Shown here: positions 20,760 to 31,223 of the stretch, one piece after another | Layout of the letters: every line of letters begins with the position of its first letter | How positions within the stretch are numbered: the first letter of the stretch is position 1 | Virus record (IMG/VR): IMGVR_UViG_3300034121_001426 | Coordinates: 1-61,396 of that record | Direction: 5' to 3' (one strand) | From: a virus | Taxonomy: Duplodnaviria > Caudoviricetes | Length of the DNA stretch: 61,396 bases | The notes under the pieces: model-generated | Told to the model about the DNA's origin: nothing | The model's input: only the letters and a program-made list of their open reading frames with translations | Databases searched by the model: none | Made by a program: the position numbers and the translations under genes

Positions 20760-21041
20760 ATGATGGAATTTTTCAAATTTGTAGGCGATGTGGGCTTTCC
20801 CATCGCAGCCGCAGGTGGTGCTGGTTATTTTGTATTTCTAACTCTCAAATTCATTCTGGCAGGAGTCACCAGCAGCATCAAGGGATTGGGTGGCATAATC
20901 ATGGCCCTGGACAATCGTGTCAAGACAATGAATCATGACATTATCAGGTTGGATGTGCTCATGAGCCATACCCTAGGAGTCAAACCAGATGTCACCAGAA
21001 TTGCGCGTGCCAATGGCAAAGATGACGCACGCAGAGATTGA
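20760..21041 (+). CDS. Small membrane protein
   Basis: DVGFPIAAAGGAGYFV; paralog of 21619; TAAATA at 20749. Confidence 0.75.
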   Translation: MMEFFKFVGDVGFPIAAAGGAGYFVFLTLKFILAGVTSSIKGLGGIIMALDNRVKTMNHDIIRLDVLMSHTLGVKPDVTRIARANGKDDARRD

Positions 21042-21055
21042 GCAAGGAATAAATC

Positions 21056-21604
21056 ATGGGTAGTTTGGTGGAAACCATCTTGAAAATGTTTACCAAAAGC
21101 AGCAAAGCACCAGCCACTGGCAGCAGGTCAGAGCGTGAGGCTAGGATCAAGGATAAGGCTGGCTTGGTGATCAATTTGTTTGCACTGTTGCTGGCACTCA
21201 ATGCCTGGTATGGTGGCAAGCTCAGCAGTGTGATACTCAACAACACCATTGGTGCCAACAATCAGTGGAGTTGGTATCAGGCCAAAAATGTGCGTGGTGT
21301 GATTTATGAAACTGCTGCTGTGCAAACAACTGGTGCAGATCATGATAGACTGGCGGCAGAAGCCCAACGCATGAATGAAGAAAAGCGTGAAATTGCTGTG
21401 AAGGCCAGCAAACTGGAAACAGAAAGAGATGAGGCCAAACTGCGCAGTCCCTGGATTGGATATGCCAGCACTGCCTATCAATTGGCCATTGTGCTGTTGA
21501 GTGCAAGTATTCTGGCAGTGAGCATGCCCTTGTTCTGGGGCAGTTTTGCAGTGGCTGGAGCAGGACTGTTGCTGAGTTTGAATGGATTGTTTTTGTGGTT
21601 TTAA
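21056..21604 (+). CDS. DUF4337-like membrane protein
   Basis: NQWSWYQAK, YQLAIVLLSASIL motifs. Confidence 0.7.
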   Translation: MGSLVETILKMFTKSSKAPATGSRSEREARIKDKAGLVINLFALLLALNAWYGGKLSSVILNNTIGANNQWSWYQAKNVRGVIYETAAVQTTGADHDRLAAEAQRMNEEKREIAVKASKLETERDEAKLRSPWIGYASTAYQLAIVLLSASILAVSMPLFWGSFAVAGAGLLLSLNGLFLWF

Positions 21605-21618
21605 TAGGAACAGAGTAA

Positions 21619-21981
21619 ATGGATCAATTGGCAGAACTCATCAGCAAATATGGATTTCCCATTGTGGCTGCAGGTGGCATGGGATGGATGATTCACTATG
21701 TGTGGACCTGGGTCACCAAAGAAGTCAAGCCCGTGCTGAGTGAAGCCAACAGAGTATTGATTGCACTGATCGACAGGATCAGAATGTTGGACAATGATCT
21801 GATCAGACTGAGAGAGAAACTCACCATGGTTCAGGAACTCAAGCATGATCACAAGCAAGATGATCTACAAGAGGATTTGGCCAAGGTTGATGTGATTCCC
21901 ACCAAGATCAGCAAACCCCTGGATGGCAAAATGCCCAGTGCCAAGAGTTCAGCCAAAGTGGATGAAAGCAGCACCCCCTGA
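21619..21981 (+). CDS. Small membrane protein
   Basis: KYGFPIVAAGGMG, LIDRIRMLDNDLIRL. Confidence 0.75.
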   Translation: MDQLAELISKYGFPIVAAGGMGWMIHYVWTWVTKEVKPVLSEANRVLIALIDRIRMLDNDLIRLREKLTMVQELKHDHKQDDLQEDLAKVDVIPTKISKPLDGKMPSAKSSAKVDESSTP

Positions 21982-24045
21982 TCATTTGCTGGTGGCTCGG
22001 TATATTCCGTCCCAATCCTGGGGCAGATCCTGTGAGTTCATGTGCTGACATCTTTCAATCCAGATTTGATAATATAGATCCATTTGTTGATCAAATTCGC
22101 CCATGAGTTGATCACACATTTCCCTAGCTTGTGTAAATTTTTGATTTCTATACAAGTGCATCATGAGATTGTGTTTGTTTCGGGCCAGATGATATTGAGG
22201 CATGTGTTGCCTGGGAGTCTTAAGCAAGGGCGTATAAATGTTCAGTCCCACAGTTTTGCCTTTGACTGCAATGCAATCCAGTTCCAGACAAAAGAAATCA
22301 TCTTTGACTGCCTGGTAGGTATCAGGCCCCAGAATCACCAGAACTCCATACCCCTTGGTTTGACTTTCCAGTCTGCTGGCCACACTCACTGGATCACCCA
22401 GCACATCATATCCCATCTTACCCTGGCTGCCAATGTTGCCCACCAATATTTTGCCAGTGTTGACTCCTGCGCCCATGCCCACTTGAGGCTTGCCACTGGC
22501 TACAAGTTTTTGATTGAACTGGTGCACAGCTTGTATCATTTCAATTGTGGTTTTCACAGCATGATAGGCATGTCTTTGATCATCCAAGGGGGCACCATGA
22601 ATGTGCAAACTGGCATCACCAATAAACTTGATCAGACAACCATTGTTGTCAAACACTGGTTGTGCAATGGCTGTCATGTATTCATTCATGATGGCAGTAA
22701 AGCCTTCCACGTCCTGGTCATATTTTTCTCCCAAGCCAGTGAAGTTTCTCATGTCTGTCATCACTGCTGTGAGCATTTTTTCCTCGCCACCCAATTTTAT
22801 CAGTTCTGGATTTTTCTGCAAGCGTTCCACAATCACAGGACTCACATAACTGCCAAATTGCCGTTTGATCTGTTGTTTGAGAAAGAATTCAGTCAGGAAT
22901 TTCACAACATACACATGCAATCCCACACAAATCAATACCAGTGCAGGAAAGGTGACATCTATCAGGACACTGGCTGTGGCATACAGCCACATGCTGCCAG
23001 AGATACTGCCTGCCAACAACACAATCATGCTAGCTATGCCCACATACAACCATCTGCTCAGCACAATCAGCAATGCTGCTGCTATTATACTCAGGAGTAT
23101 TTCTGCTGCATCAGCATAATCAGGCCTATCAATGGACACTTGGTTGAGCAGTGTGGCAATCACAGTTGCCTGAACATCCTGTGGAAATTTAGCGCCCATG
23201 CTGGTGGCCACTGGATTGGCCACGGCTGTGGCACTGGCGCCCACTATCACAACTGCCCCTTCAAAATCCTCAGGCAGATTCATCATGCTGGCAGTGCGGT
23301 AGCCCTGGCTCCAGTCAATCCAGATCCTGCCCAGACTGTCAGTGTTGATGGGTCCAAAGCGAGGTATTCTCAAGGCTTCAACTCCCTGTGCATTTAGTTT
23401 GACCTGGAATGATCGGTCCAGAGCCAGTATGCGCAAGGTTTCCAAGCTCACATGGGGATAAAGATTTTGATTTATGCTTACAACCAGGGGCACACGACGA
23501 TTTACACCATCCAATTCAGGCAGCTGATTGGCAATGCCCACTGCGGCTGCTGACTGCTCCAATCTGGCTATATTGGCAATGATGCCAGGATAGCCATGAA
23601 TGCGATCCAGGTAATCATCATTTATCACCACTGCCCCTGGTTTCCTGGCTGTGTTTTTGTTGTGATTGCCAGGCACACTCACCAAAATAGTGGGCAACTG
23701 TTTGAGCACCTGTTCTAATTGAACATCCTGTGCCTGTCTGTCCTCTTCACTCATGAGCACACCAAACACAACCAAACCTGCATTTCTTTCATACAACTGT
23801 TGTATTAGATCTGCATACACACCCCTGGCAAATGGCCACTGTCCATGATGATCTATGGCTGCTTCATCTATGTTCACCACCCACAGATTGTTTTGTGTAG
23901 TGGGTTTGCTGGTGATAAGAGTATCAAAATATCTCAATCTCACACTTTCCACAAAACTGGGATCCCAGATTCTCATGCCCAAGAGTAGTGCCAGGGTCAA
24001 CAAACAGCCCAGCACATGAGTGAATATTTTTTTGAGTTTGTTCAT
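21982..24045 (-). CDS. CHASE2-domain class III adenylate/guanylate cyclase
   Basis: CHASE2 (VNIDE, GQWPFAR, DGVNRR), three TM helices, TDMRNFT, KFIGDA, GNIGS, YDVLGDPVSVASRLE. Confidence 0.92.
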   Translation of the reverse strand: MNKLKKIFTHVLGCLLTLALLLGMRIWDPSFVESVRLRYFDTLITSKPTTQNNLWVVNIDEAAIDHHGQWPFARGVYADLIQQLYERNAGLVVFGVLMSEEDRQAQDVQLEQVLKQLPTILVSVPGNHNKNTARKPGAVVINDDYLDRIHGYPGIIANIARLEQSAAAVGIANQLPELDGVNRRVPLVVSINQNLYPHVSLETLRILALDRSFQVKLNAQGVEALRIPRFGPINTDSLGRIWIDWSQGYRTASMMNLPEDFEGAVVIVGASATAVANPVATSMGAKFPQDVQATVIATLLNQVSIDRPDYADAAEILLSIIAAALLIVLSRWLYVGIASMIVLLAGSISGSMWLYATASVLIDVTFPALVLICVGLHVYVVKFLTEFFLKQQIKRQFGSYVSPVIVERLQKNPELIKLGGEEKMLTAVMTDMRNFTGLGEKYDQDVEGFTAIMNEYMTAIAQPVFDNNGCLIKFIGDASLHIHGAPLDDQRHAYHAVKTTIEMIQAVHQFNQKLVASGKPQVGMGAGVNTGKILVGNIGSQGKMGYDVLGDPVSVASRLESQTKGYGVLVILGPDTYQAVKDDFFCLELDCIAVKGKTVGLNIYTPLLKTPRQHMPQYHLARNKHNLMMHLYRNQKFTQAREMCDQLMGEFDQQMDLYYQIWIERCQHMNSQDLPQDWDGIYRATSK

Positions 24046-25304
24046 TGATTGATCCTCACTGCGCAACCAGCCAACACAATACAGGTTTGCTGTATTTCTA
24101 TGTTTTGGCTGGTACTGCTGGTTTGATTGAGTTCTATGGTGACGGCGCCACCATTGTTCACAGCTTGCACCCTGGCAGCATGAGGCATGTTGCCACTTTG
24201 GGTGACTGTGATGTTGTTGAGGCCACCTTGTGCTTGACTGTCCAAATAATGAGTTCCATTGCCAGTTTGTTGCAAGGCCACGATGTTACTGTCACCATTT
24301 AGGGTCTGGAACGCAGTTTTGGTGCCATCTTGAGTTTGACTGATTCTCACTGTGTTGTTGCTGCCTGTGACTGTGGTTTCCGCATAATGACCACTGTTGG
24401 TTTGACCCTGATTGTTCTGCAAAACTGTATGCATATTGTTGTTGCCAGTTGTGCTGGTTCTGGCATAATGTCCGCCGCTGTCAGATGCCAATGCTTGCCC
24501 AGCAGACGTGGTGCCCTGCAACACCTGCACCTGATTGCTGTTGCCAGTGATGTGCAGATCCACTCGTTTCGCTGTGGCACCATTTTGCAGGATGGTCACT
24601 GTGTTGCTGTCTCCATTGATCACAGCATTTTGATCTGTGGTGCCTCTCACCAAGTTGTTGCCTGCCATTTGTTCAATGTGAACCATGTTGTTGCTGCCCA
24701 GTTGACTCACATACACTCCTGAAGATTGCAGGGATTGTTCTTGTTTTCTTGTGAGTATTCTCACTGATTGTTCAGTTGTGGGTTTCACAGGACTCACAGT
24801 GCTCCAGGCACTGCTGGGCACAATCACAATGCCACTGCCAATGTTCCAGTTCAATTGCATGACTGCACCTCCACCATTCTCATACCACCATATTTCCACT
24901 GGATAATATTGTCCGCCCTGCAGAGTGATGGTGCCTGACCCATTGTAATAGCTGGGCCCCTGCTCTTGCCAGTTGTTGATCACCACACTGTTGTTGACGG
25001 TGAGATGGAATCCGTCATCAGATCTATCATAAAAAGTCACTGATTGTGCTCCAGCACCAGGCCAAAGCACATATCCTGTGATGTGAATGATTACTCTGTC
25101 GGTTCTGCCACTGTTGAGAATGCTGCCTCCACCAAAATCATAATTGAGTGTGGGAAGGGTACCTGAAGCCAATTGCGCAGTGCATGTGGTGCATCTGCTG
25201 GGAGTGGCACCAGTGCCTGCATAAATCACATAATTTAATCCAGCATCTGCTGATGCACAGTCTGGAAACACCAACAACACAAGGAATATTATCAAAAACT
25301 TCAT
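24042..25304 (-). CDS. Secreted PA14-domain protein with curlin-like repeats
   Basis: Signal peptide; SDDG and WYENGGGA (PA14); QxGxxN repeats. Confidence 0.8.
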   Translation of the reverse strand: MKFLIIFLVLLVFPDCASADAGLNYVIYAGTGATPSRCTTCTAQLASGTLPTLNYDFGGGSILNSGRTDRVIIHITGYVLWPGAGAQSVTFYDRSDDGFHLTVNNSVVINNWQEQGPSYYNGSGTITLQGGQYYPVEIWWYENGGGAVMQLNWNIGSGIVIVPSSAWSTVSPVKPTTEQSVRILTRKQEQSLQSSGVYVSQLGSNNMVHIEQMAGNNLVRGTTDQNAVINGDSNTVTILQNGATAKRVDLHITGNSNQVQVLQGTTSAGQALASDSGGHYARTSTTGNNNMHTVLQNNQGQTNSGHYAETTVTGSNNTVRISQTQDGTKTAFQTLNGDSNIVALQQTGNGTHYLDSQAQGGLNNITVTQSGNMPHAARVQAVNNGGAVTIELNQTSSTSQNIEIQQTCIVLAGCAVRINQ

Positions 25305-26302
25305 GGACTTTGTCTTATGATAAATGTGTTTCCGCCCACAGTGCCCACCTGTGTGGTGGCATTGTCACCATTGTGACTGATGGTGACATTTCCTGTGCTG
25401 CCATCCAAAAATCTCACAAAACTTTGTCCATATCCAGGTGTGGCTCTGCTGGCTGTGGTGGCGCCGGTGGCGGTGGTTTCCACCACAATAGGCACCGCTG
25501 TGCTTTTGTTCACAACTGATTCTTTCATTATCAGTTGTGAGGGCACATCAGAAGTATTGGGATTGTGCACAGGTTTGCTGGAAACCACAAGGGCATCCTG
25601 GTTAGCTTCTTGAGAACCAGACGCTGAGGATTTGGCTAATCCTTTCAATCCTGGTGGGGGAACAACAATCATGAGATTGTTTATATTACTTTCCGAGACC
25701 TGAATTCTGCTGGGAGGTGTTGGCGGAGTGTGGGCATTGGTAACTGTGGTTGCTGTAAATGGCTGGTCCAGTTCCACCATACCTGCTGGATTGCTCACTT
25801 GTATTTTGCCTGTTCTGCAAACACCAGCCTGATCACAACTGGGAACCAATACAACAAAACTTTCTCCTGATTCAGCCACAGTCATGAAAAAATCTGTGCC
25901 TCTCACAGCAATACTGGCTGTGGGAGTTTGTAAATCCACTTTCTGCTGATTGATTTTGGCTATCTGGCCACTGGCATATCTCACTGTGCCCATGCCCACT
26001 CTGAGAGTGACTTTGCTGTTGTCTCCTTGTCTGGGATCATACACATATTCATCAATAACCAATCTGCTCTGCTCAGTGATGCTGATCTTGGTGTTGTCCA
26101 CAAACCTGAGTTTGGCGCTGCCGTTTTGAGTGACAATCACATCCATGTTGGCCAGGGATGTGTTCACAGCAGCTTCCAGCAAATTACCAGATCTCTCGAT
26201 GTTGCCAGGAGATCCAGTAATTTCTGTTATATTTCCAATGGGATTAGCACTAGCAGCAAAACCTATTACAACAAATGCTAGAGCAGCTAGCAAAAGTTGC
26301 AT
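25301..26302 (-). CDS. FecR-domain secreted protein
   Basis: FVDNTKISITEQSRLVIDEYVYD, TPTASIAVRGT. Confidence 0.85.
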   Translation of the reverse strand: MQLLLAALAFVVIGFAASANPIGNITEITGSPGNIERSGNLLEAAVNTSLANMDVIVTQNGSAKLRFVDNTKISITEQSRLVIDEYVYDPRQGDNSKVTLRVGMGTVRYASGQIAKINQQKVDLQTPTASIAVRGTDFFMTVAESGESFVVLVPSCDQAGVCRTGKIQVSNPAGMVELDQPFTATTVTNAHTPPTPPSRIQVSESNINNLMIVVPPPGLKGLAKSSASGSQEANQDALVVSSKPVHNPNTSDVPSQLIMKESVVNKSTAVPIVVETTATGATTASRATPGYGQSFVRFLDGSTGNVTISHNGDNATTQVGTVGGNTFIIRQSP

Positions 26303-26306
26303 GATA

Positions 26307-26987
26307 TCAGTTGCCGGTTCTTACAGTAAATGTATTACTGGTTCCATTCACATTCAAGTTTACAGTTGTTGCATTGCTGCCTGATTGCACAGTTGTAATA
26401 TTGTTGCTGCTGCCTGTGATGTTCATGGCCAGAATATGACCAGTTCCAGCAACACCAGCTAGTGTGTTTGTGACAGTGTTGTTGTCACCATTCAGTGTGG
26501 CAGCAACATTGGCATTGCTGCTTTCCACAACAGTGGTGATTGCGTTGGTGTTGCCAGTCACCACTGTATTGGTTCTATTGGCAGTGCCAATCACAGTGGT
26601 GCTGATCATGTTGGCATTGCCTGTGATGGTTTCTGTTATGCTGCTGTTGCTGCAACTGCCAGTGGCAGTGACACCAATACCACCACATTTGGTTGTGGTT
26701 GTGTTGCTGTTGCCGTTGACGGTGCTAGTATATGTGTTGGTATCACCTACAACAGCATATTGTGCCTGGTTGGTGGTGCCAGTCTGTCTCACAGTGATGG
26801 TGGCGCTGTTGCCTGACACACTGCTGGCCCTGTCAGTGCCAGAGCCCACCTTGTTGGCTGTGCCCACTTGTTCGATTGTTGTGGTTGAATTGTTACCCAG
26901 TTGATCCAGATAAACTTCATTTGCCTCACTGGTGCTGGCAATCATACAAACACCCATGAGGGCCAGTAGTATAGCAGTTTTATTCAT
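26307..26987 (-). CDS. Curlin-like repeat protein (CsgA/CsgB-like)
   Basis: Signal peptide; NEVYLDQLG followed by ~22-aa (Q/x)xGxxN repeats. Confidence 0.7.
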   Translation of the reverse strand: MNKTAILLALMGVCMIASTSEANEVYLDQLGNNSTTTIEQVGTANKVGSGTDRASSVSGNSATITVRQTGTTNQAQYAVVGDTNTYTSTVNGNSNTTTTKCGGIGVTATGSCSNSSITETITGNANMISTTVIGTANRTNTVVTGNTNAITTVVESSNANVAATLNGDNNTVTNTLAGVAGTGHILAMNITGSSNNITTVQSGSNATTVNLNVNGTSNTFTVRTGN

Positions 26988-27814
26988 TTGATTGCTCCTT
27001 GAATTCGTGTGTCAAAATCCCAATGACCTTTGTTGGCACCCTCTTTTATCAATTGAATCACAGCAGCTTCAATGGCAATTTGTATGGCCTGATTGCGACT
27101 TTCGTTTATGCTGGCTCCAATTTCCGCCTCCACAGCTCGGGTACCCGCATCTATGAATCTCAACACACCAGCATTGTCCATGTAACTCATGATGGTTTTG
27201 GTGACTGTGACATTCACCAAAACTTCTCCGCTGCTGGTGCTCACTGCTCGCAAATTGATGGTGACTGTGTCCTGTCTGTACTGAGTATTGCCTCCAATAC
27301 CCAAAAATCTTGCACCCATTCCACCTGTTTGAGTGTTGTTGTCATACCCTATGATTCCACCTTCCATGAGCAAGCCTGCAAACAACAGTGGAGGCACAGG
27401 CTGTGCATTGGCTCCCTGGTAGAGTTCTCTCATCTGACGGATCAGTTGTCTTTCCTTGATCAAACTTTCAATGCCCACACGTTCAATCACCCTGAACCAT
27501 CTACGGTTGCCCACCTCTGTGAGAGCTTGCATGAGATAGGCTTCGGCTCCCTGAGTAACAGCACTGCTGAAGCTGGCAACTCCTAGAGTATCTTTGCGTT
27601 GACCAGTTTTGTCCTGAAAATTATACACAGCCACAGTGATGGGACCACCTCTGGGTGGCAACAGTTGATTTTCATTGAGAGAATAAAATTTACTACTGCT
27701 GATAGCAGGAGGTTTGGTAATGTCGTGATCAGTTACTGTGGCAATTGTAGCTACAGTTGCACATGCAGAAATCCAGGGTAATACAATAGCCAATTTGATC
27801 CATGATTTTGCCAT
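26984..27814 (-). CDS. csgG: Curli secretion channel CsgG
   Basis: Lipobox SAC; VAVYNFQDKTGQRK, SSAVTQGA, VIER...LIKERQLIR, EGGIIGYD. Confidence 0.92.
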   Translation of the reverse strand: MAKSWIKLAIVLPWISACATVATIATVTDHDITKPPAISSSKFYSLNENQLLPPRGGPITVAVYNFQDKTGQRKDTLGVASFSSAVTQGAEAYLMQALTEVGNRRWFRVIERVGIESLIKERQLIRQMRELYQGANAQPVPPLLFAGLLMEGGIIGYDNNTQTGGMGARFLGIGGNTQYRQDTVTINLRAVSTSSGEVLVNVTVTKTIMSYMDNAGVLRFIDAGTRAVEAEIGASINESRNQAIQIAIEAAVIQLIKEGANKGHWDFDTRIQGAIK

Positions 27815-28255
27815 TCAAAATGCAATACTCCCAATGGGAAGGATAACCCGGGTGGTACTACCATAGGTATCCACAACTGTGAGATTTATGTCATTGCCCA
27901 CTCTTGCATAGGCAATCACATTGCCGCCCAAGCTGATACTGCCACTGTTGCTGGGATTTTCACCAAAAATTGCCTCGCTGAGCCTTTTGGCCAATTGCTG
28001 ATAAACTATACTTTGCAAATTGCCCACAAATTGGTTTACAGGATTGGTGAGTCTGGCTCTTTCCTGAGCTGCCAATTCCTGTGCCTGTTTGTCTTTTTGC
28101 TTTTGCTGGCCCTGGATCTGCAATTGCTCAATAGTCAGCACATGGCTGCTATAGCCTACACCTGTGAAGCTGGGACTATTGAAACTGTGTACCAGTTCAC
28201 CTGCCTGAGCAGCACTGGTGATCACAAGGGCTAGAATATAAACCCACAGTCGCAT
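27815..28255 (-). CDS. csgF: Curli assembly protein CsgF-like
   Basis: Signal peptide followed by ELVHSFNSPSF; immediately upstream of csgG. Confidence 0.75.
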   Translation of the reverse strand: MRLWVYILALVITSAAQAGELVHSFNSPSFTGVGYSSHVLTIEQLQIQGQQKQKDKQAQELAAQERARLTNPVNQFVGNLQSIVYQQLAKRLSEAIFGENPSNSGSISLGGNVIAYARVGNDINLTVVDTYGSTTRVILPIGSIAF

Positions 28256-28291
28256 GCAATATTTCCTTGAAGACCAATTTCTTCGTGGAAA

Positions 28292-28297
28292 TATTTA
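28292..28297 (-). promoter_or_regulatory. T4-like late promoter for the curli operon (representative)
   Basis: TAAATA; also upstream of the genes at 4305, 20760, 30610, 38263, 39915, 40958, 42127, 42296, 46935, 47731, 49552, 55454, 60811. Confidence 0.65.
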
Positions 28298-28339
28298 CAT
28301 GCAACTGCAAGTTGTTATCTAGTTGATAAGTACTGTTGC

Positions 28340-28714
28340 CTAGAAGGCAAAGAACTGGGGATCCATTTCAATTGCCACAGGCGACACTGGCTTGTAGCCC
28401 TGATGAGCAATCACTTTGTTGCTGTCTACAGGTTTGCGACCAGGTCCCAGACTCCAGGTGATGTGATACACACTGCCATCAGGCCTGCTGGTGCTGCCAT
28501 CAATCATGAGCACCAGTGCCTGAACACCCATGAGGTCATCCACAGTGCCCACAACTTGAGCTTGTGTGGCTGTGGGCAGGGGATATTTGTCATCCACGCC
28601 AAACTTCAGTGTGCAGTGGTGTGCAATCACTCGTTCATAAACAGGAGGGAACAGTTCCAGCAGTTTGTCCCTAGTTTGTTCATCCAGGCTCCAGCCCACA
28701 TATCCTTTAGTCAT
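28340..28714 (-). CDS. 2H phosphoesterase-family protein
   Basis: Two HxT motifs (HCT, HIT). Confidence 0.7.
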   Translation of the reverse strand: MTKGYVGWSLDEQTRDKLLELFPPVYERVIAHHCTLKFGVDDKYPLPTATQAQVVGTVDDLMGVQALVLMIDGSTSRPDGSVYHITWSLGPGRKPVDSNKVIAHQGYKPVSPVAIEMDPQFFAF

Positions 28715-29411
28715 TTGCTACTCCATATTTTTTCAGCTCACGATGATTGAGCTGGCGCTTGGTGGCACAATACACAGGATCTCCCCACGCATGTGTTCGG
28801 GTGGTGAGGTTGTAGGTGCTGTTCTCACCAGCACGGCTCACAGTGGCTTCCAGGATCACATCATAGGCGGTTCCGCCCTCAGTGATCTCATAAACCTTGC
28901 CAGTGATCTTGTCCACACGGCTAACCTTGATTACGGGCGGAATAGGTTTCACTTCCACCACATACCAGATGCCTTCCTTTTTGCGCAGTTGTGTGCTGTC
29001 AGGCAAGGTGCGCTGGTGGGCCAGTCGTGCAGCCTTTTGTTCCTGCTCATAGGTGCGCCACCTGTTTATCCAGGGTCTGTAGTGAGGGTTCACCTCCAGC
29101 CTGCCAGTTTCAGGATGCACATAAAACCGTCTGCTGGTGTGCTCCAACAGCCTCACACCATAGCTGGTGATGTAAACTTCACCATCACGCATGAGAGTGT
29201 GGATTTCCACAAAATCATGGAGATGATCTCTCACATGCTGTTGTACAGGATTGTCAGCCCGGAGATTTTCGCTGATTTCGCTGTAGACATCGTTCCAAAA
29301 CTTGCCCACGCGGCTGTTGAGAAACCTCAACAGAGGTGCCAGATTTTCGTTTAGTTGCTTTTCCACATGTTGGGAGACATAAGGCTTTCTCATGCCCTCT
29401 TTGCTGAGCAT
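28707..29411 (-). CDS. Hypothetical protein
   Basis: LNENLAPLLRFL...WNDVYSEI motif; may be 5'-truncated. Confidence 0.65.
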   Translation of the reverse strand: MLSKEGMRKPYVSQHVEKQLNENLAPLLRFLNSRVGKFWNDVYSEISENLRADNPVQQHVRDHLHDFVEIHTLMRDGEVYITSYGVRLLEHTSRRFYVHPETGRLEVNPHYRPWINRWRTYEQEQKAARLAHQRTLPDSTQLRKKEGIWYVVEVKPIPPVIKVSRVDKITGKVYEITEGGTAYDVILEATVSRAGENSTYNLTTRTHAWGDPVYCATKRQLNHRELKKYGVAND

Positions 29412-29719
29412 GTAGTCAGGATCCTGGGCACGACCAGGGCGAGGGCAGCATATCTTTCAACTTTTCTAGTTTTCCCTCTATGTCTTCTACAAGATCCATA
29501 GCCATGTTTATTTGGATTTCCAATTTTTGGCCAGGATCCATTTTGGAAAACTTGGGTATAACAACATCTCGACCAGGCTTGTTGTTGCTGGCTTTGCTAG
29601 ATGGTGCTTTGGAGCCTGGTTTTGTTGGATTGAGAATTGGAAGTGGTTTGGGACCTTTGGCCATGAGACTACACCATGATTTATGCTATGTTGCAGTTAT
29701 TTACCAAATAATCAGCTGG

Positions 29720-30610
29720 TTAGTCTAGTTCCCAGTATTCATGGGCCAATGAGCCATATTTTTCCCGGTTGAGTGCATAATACAAGCCATGTATATACAC
29801 TTCCAGTTCATCCTCCATGGCCACAGCTAAATTTGTATTTGTGGGCTCATATTTGTCCACAAATGCCTCATGCGACATATAATCTCTTATATTGGGATTG
29901 ACTAATTCATCAGGAATTACTATAGCACTATTGCTGTCTTGTACCAATTGCAGTTGGCGTGCTATATGTGTGATCACTGTGATCCTCGCCATAGCTTCCA
30001 AAGATTGAACAATCTCTTTGCGGTTATTGGGCAGAGTATTGTATAGATCAGTTGTCTGAAATTGCTTGATCCATTCAGCCACTTTGGCTCTGTAAATATT
30101 TGTTTTGTTCTGATCTACGCCCACATCCTCAGGGAACACCAGGGTAACATCATGTTTATTAGTGTATGTGAATGAACTTTTGCCATAGATGGGGAATATC
30201 AGATAAATTTTGTTGCCAAATTGTTCTGCTAGCCTATCATCTGTTGTGGCAAAGATGCTGTTGCTGCGCAGTGCAGTCATGCCACTTTTGCGTAACATGT
30301 CATCAAACAATTGTGCAGCTTCTTTGTTGCTGTCTTTGGGTTTCCTAGCCAACCAACTCCTGCCCAAAAAGGCATCTGGGCCCGTGCCGCCTCGCAACAG
30401 GAATTGGTTGGTTTCCTGCACAACACGGATGTATTCAGCACAATCTTCGCTGATTTTCTGGAATAGGTTTTTAGTGCTGCCTGTGATTCTTATGGTTTGT
30501 TTGCTGCCAGGCTCTAGAGTATCTGGTTTTAACTTGGCAAGTGATATGGGGTTATTTTTGGGTTTACCAACATTATCAACATCTTCACACAGCAAATCTC
30601 TGGCTTTCAT
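29720..30610 (-). CDS. Late protein, ADP-ribosyltransferase-like paralog 1
   Basis: MKARDLLCE N-terminus; LLRG, ALRSNSIFATT, ELEVYIHG. Confidence 0.6.
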   Translation of the reverse strand: MKARDLLCEDVDNVGKPKNNPISLAKLKPDTLEPGSKQTIRITGSTKNLFQKISEDCAEYIRVVQETNQFLLRGGTGPDAFLGRSWLARKPKDSNKEAAQLFDDMLRKSGMTALRSNSIFATTDDRLAEQFGNKIYLIFPIYGKSSFTYTNKHDVTLVFPEDVGVDQNKTNIYRAKVAEWIKQFQTTDLYNTLPNNRKEIVQSLEAMARITVITHIARQLQLVQDSNSAIVIPDELVNPNIRDYMSHEAFVDKYEPTNTNLAVAMEDELEVYIHGLYYALNREKYGSLAHEYWELD

Positions 30611-30636
30611 ATATGCAACTCCCGGGCTGCACATAT

Positions 30637-30882
30637 TTAGGTGTAGGTTAGTTGCCAGGCCATCTGTTGTGACTGATTGGGAAACTGTATGTGTATTATT
30701 TGTTGATCATACCTGATTTCAGCATGTGCTCCCCAGTGGGAATTCAAGAACTGATTGACATACTTCCAATTTGTATGTTCCAAATTGTTGATCATGTTGA
30801 TCCAAGCATGGGTATAATGAGATTGACGGTCATGCAACTCATGGAAAGTAACAGTTATGTTGTAGGGCAAGTTGTCGGGCAC
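30637..30882 (-). CDS. Small hypothetical protein
   Basis: Ends FPNQSQQMAWQLTYT. Confidence 0.6.
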   Translation of the reverse strand: MPDNLPYNITVTFHELHDRQSHYTHAWINMINNLEHTNWKYVNQFLNSHWGAHAEIRYDQQIIHIQFPNQSQQMAWQLTYT

Positions 30883-31223
30883 TAGTGATCCTCATAAATT
30901 CCGCACAGGCCCAGTTCTTGCAGTTTTTCCACAGTCATACCAGGCAGCGTGTATTTACAACTTACCCCACCTGGACCTTTCATATAAACATCAAATGGAT
31001 CCACTTCTTGTGGTGGACCCATCAGGAAGATTTTGCCTGGGTCCTTGTCATGATACTCCATGAGTAGTATCCATGCTGACTCTAGGGTACAATTGGTTCG
31101 CCATGTCATTTGTTATAGCCTGTAAACAACTGCATCCAATTGTTGATGTTTTTGTTCATGCTGTCCCACAAATAGCGGCTGTTGACTGTTACTGTTTGTT
31201 TGACAACAGTTATATTTGGCATG

